A DNA stretch of 63,686 nucleotides, the filler included. It is 8 parts of 8 records of this genome, joined end to end, with 100 filler letters (N's around TTAATTAATTAA, not from the genome) between each part and the next. Parts side by side here need not be neighbours in the genome. Positions count along the whole stretch, not along the records: positions 57,019 to 63,686 come from SRR31156797_12315; 7 more parts are not named here. One strand, 5' to 3'. The position numbers were made by a program, and so were the translations under genes. Every line of letters begins with the position of its first letter. Positions within the stretch are counted from its first letter, which is position 1. The notes under the pieces were generated by a model that was not told the origin of the DNA, did not search any database, and worked only from the letters and a program-made list of their open reading frames with translations. Of the stretch, positions 61,994 to 63,686 are shown in pieces.

Positions 61994-62800
61994 GTGTTTA
62001 TGATTCCAGATCCCTGTGCGTTGAAGACGAATGGCTGGGACCTTCTGTCCTGTTCGATGGATGTCATCCGGAAGCATTCCTACGAAATAGCGGTGATTCC
62101 AGTTGCGGCAACGGAGGCTCATAATCATCATCTTCCTGAAGGGATGGATGTCATTCATACCACACATATCGCGCGGAAGTGCTGCGAGATCGCGTGGGGA
62201 AAGAATCCGAACGTGGTCTGCCTGCCTACGATTCCGTACGGGGTGGACTGCAATCTCATGGATTTCCCGCTGACGGTTCATGTGTCGCAGGATACGCTGA
62301 ACTTTGTTTTTCATGATATTATCCAATCGCTACGGTCTCATGGGATCCGCAAGATCCTGATTCTGAACGGGCATGGGGGGAACAACTTCACGGCGTTTGC
62401 GCGGCAGATTCAGTGTGACCTGGATGTGTTCGTCTTCGTCTGCGACTGGTGGAAAGTCGGGTTTGACGTGTACGACGACATCTTCGAGAACAAGGACGAT
62501 CATGGCGGGGAGATGGAAACCTCCATTGCGATGGCGCTTTGTCCGGATTGTGTTCACATGGATGCTGCGGGGCCTGCTCCTTCTGCCGAGTTTCGCTTTG
62601 AGGCGATGCGGAAAGGTTGGGTTCACAGCAGCCGGAAGTTCTCGACAATCAACGAGGACTGCGCAGTTGGAGACCCTTTCCAATCCTCCGTAGAGAAAGG
62701 GCAGAAGTACCTGGATGTCGTGATCCAGAGGATCAGTGATTTCCTGATCGAAGCGGGAGACAGTTCGATCGATGAACAGTTTCCGTTTCTGAAAGATTAA
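61994..62800 (+). CDS. Creatininase-family amidohydrolase
   Basis: TEAHNHHLP..D, NGHGGN, DHGGEMETS. Confidence 0.92.
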   Translation: MFMIPDPCALKTNGWDLLSCSMDVIRKHSYEIAVIPVAATEAHNHHLPEGMDVIHTTHIARKCCEIAWGKNPNVVCLPTIPYGVDCNLMDFPLTVHVSQDTLNFVFHDIIQSLRSHGIRKILILNGHGGNNFTAFARQIQCDLDVFVFVCDWWKVGFDVYDDIFENKDDHGGEMETSIAMALCPDCVHMDAAGPAPSAEFRFEAMRKGWVHSSRKFSTINEDCAVGDPFQSSVEKGQKYLDVVIQRISDFLIEAGDSSIDEQFPFLKD

Positions 62801-62852
62801 TCCTGGTTCTGAAACGCCAGCACCAACGCCTCAGTTTGTCCACAGACTGTTG

Positions 62853-63197
62853 CTACTCTCTTAAAACTGGATTCTCGTTTTCTCTGGTGATCACAGATTT
62901 CATCTTGTGTACAATCCAAAGTACGAGTTGAAGAATAATGACCAGATACGTCACCACTAACAAGAAAATGCATAATGGCAAAACAACCAGAAACAGTGGA
63001 GCAGCAATAAACAGGCCCACTATGTTGAGTGTATCATTTTCCAGAAGCAACCCCAGAACTGTAAGGCAAAGACCGCCAGCCGATACGCCTATGATCAAAA
63101 AATAAATCTTCTCACCCCTGGAAAGCGGGTTGTCCCCTGGATCGATCTCCTTGCTGATCGAATCAGTCCTTTCTTTTATTTCTGCTTCGTTCTTCAT
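62853..63197 (-). CDS. Hypothetical membrane protein
   Basis: AGGA RBS; two or three hydrophobic segments. Confidence 0.55.
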   Translation of the reverse strand: MKNEAEIKERTDSISKEIDPGDNPLSRGEKIYFLIIGVSAGGLCLTVLGLLLENDTLNIVGLFIAAPLFLVVLPLCIFLLVVTYLVIILQLVLWIVHKMKSVITRENENPVLRE

Positions 63198-63335
63198 ATG
63201 TATTATCCTGTGTTTCCGCGAGAAAAACCGGAAGCCAGAGTCTATAGCTTACCATGGTTCGTGCAGGTTATGGCCTGAAAAAAAGTTGCAACCAAAAAGC
63301 TGTACGGACGGCCATGTAAAGAGGAGGCACTGACA

Positions 63336-63686
63336 ATGAGCGTTCAATCGCCCTCAATTCAGAAGAGCCGGATGACTGCTCCTTCTATATCCAAAGAAAA
63401 ATTCTCCCGAGAGCTGACAGAGGAACTGGCACGGCAGGGAGAAGTCGACAATGACCTGGCGGCTGACATCGTTCCGTATGCAACTGCCCGGCTGTTGAGT
63501 TCTGCGATGGAGGCACGAGCAACTGATATTCACCTGGACCCGCAGAGCGATCATCTGCATATCCGATTTCGAATTGACGGATTTCTTCATAATCAGGCAA
63601 ACCTGAGCCTGGATGACGGAAACCAGTTGATTAACCAGATCAAGACGGTCGGCGGGCTGGATCCCATTGAGTCGTTTATCCCGAAA
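63336..63686 (+). CDS. GspE/PilB-family ATPase, N-terminal part (truncated by window end)
   Basis: Manual translation after GAGGAGG: AMEARATDIHLDPQ..IRFRIDGFLH. Confidence 0.85.
   Translation, partial: MSVQSPSIQKSRMTAPSISKEKFSRELTEELARQGEVDNDLAADIVPYATARLLSSAMEARATDIHLDPQSDHLHIRFRIDGFLHNQANLSLDDGNQLINQIKTVGGLDPIESFIPK

Noticed and set aside
1-63686. CRISPR arrays, tRNA and rRNA genes
   Set aside because: No regularly spaced direct repeats or recognisable structural RNA sequences seen by eye; a covariance-model search was not possible

Overview
The window joins eight unrelated contigs with N/TTAATTAATTAA linkers, so gene neighbourhood is only meaningful within a contig; taxonomic labels below are inferred from gene content and composition. 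(1) 1-7089, Desulfobacteraceae-like: malic enzyme, a DctB-like/NarL two-component pair, MerR-MFS, aconitase. (2) 7191-16015: nucleoside permease, AraC-LysE, and a CotH-DUF4956-VTC operon. (3) 16116-31734, spore-forming clostridial: spoIVA, pgi, gerM, a GntR-ABC unit, glycosylation genes, yhaM, trxA. (4) 31835-38583, very AT-rich and Campylobacterota-like: an integron cassette array read directly from the DNA. (5) 38684-44089: AT-rich anaerobe housekeeping and accessory genes. (6) 44191-50411, Bacteroidota-like: a multi-receiver hybrid kinase and a REC-PAS protein. (7) 50512-56918: an aryl-CoA reductase/2-hydroxyacyl-CoA dehydratase-type cluster, a CoA ligase and a decayed IS3. (8) 57019-63686, Planctomycetota-like: ribH-nusB-ftsY region. 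The best candidate for an undescribed system is in contig 4. A putative attI and two attC sites with matching core sites delimit a 571-bp HNH cassette and an unusually large 4573-bp cassette with four genes (Nudix hydrolase, 774-aa unknown, possible degenerate Nudix, HAD phosphatase). This is plausibly a nucleotide-targeting anti-phage module; that function is inference.
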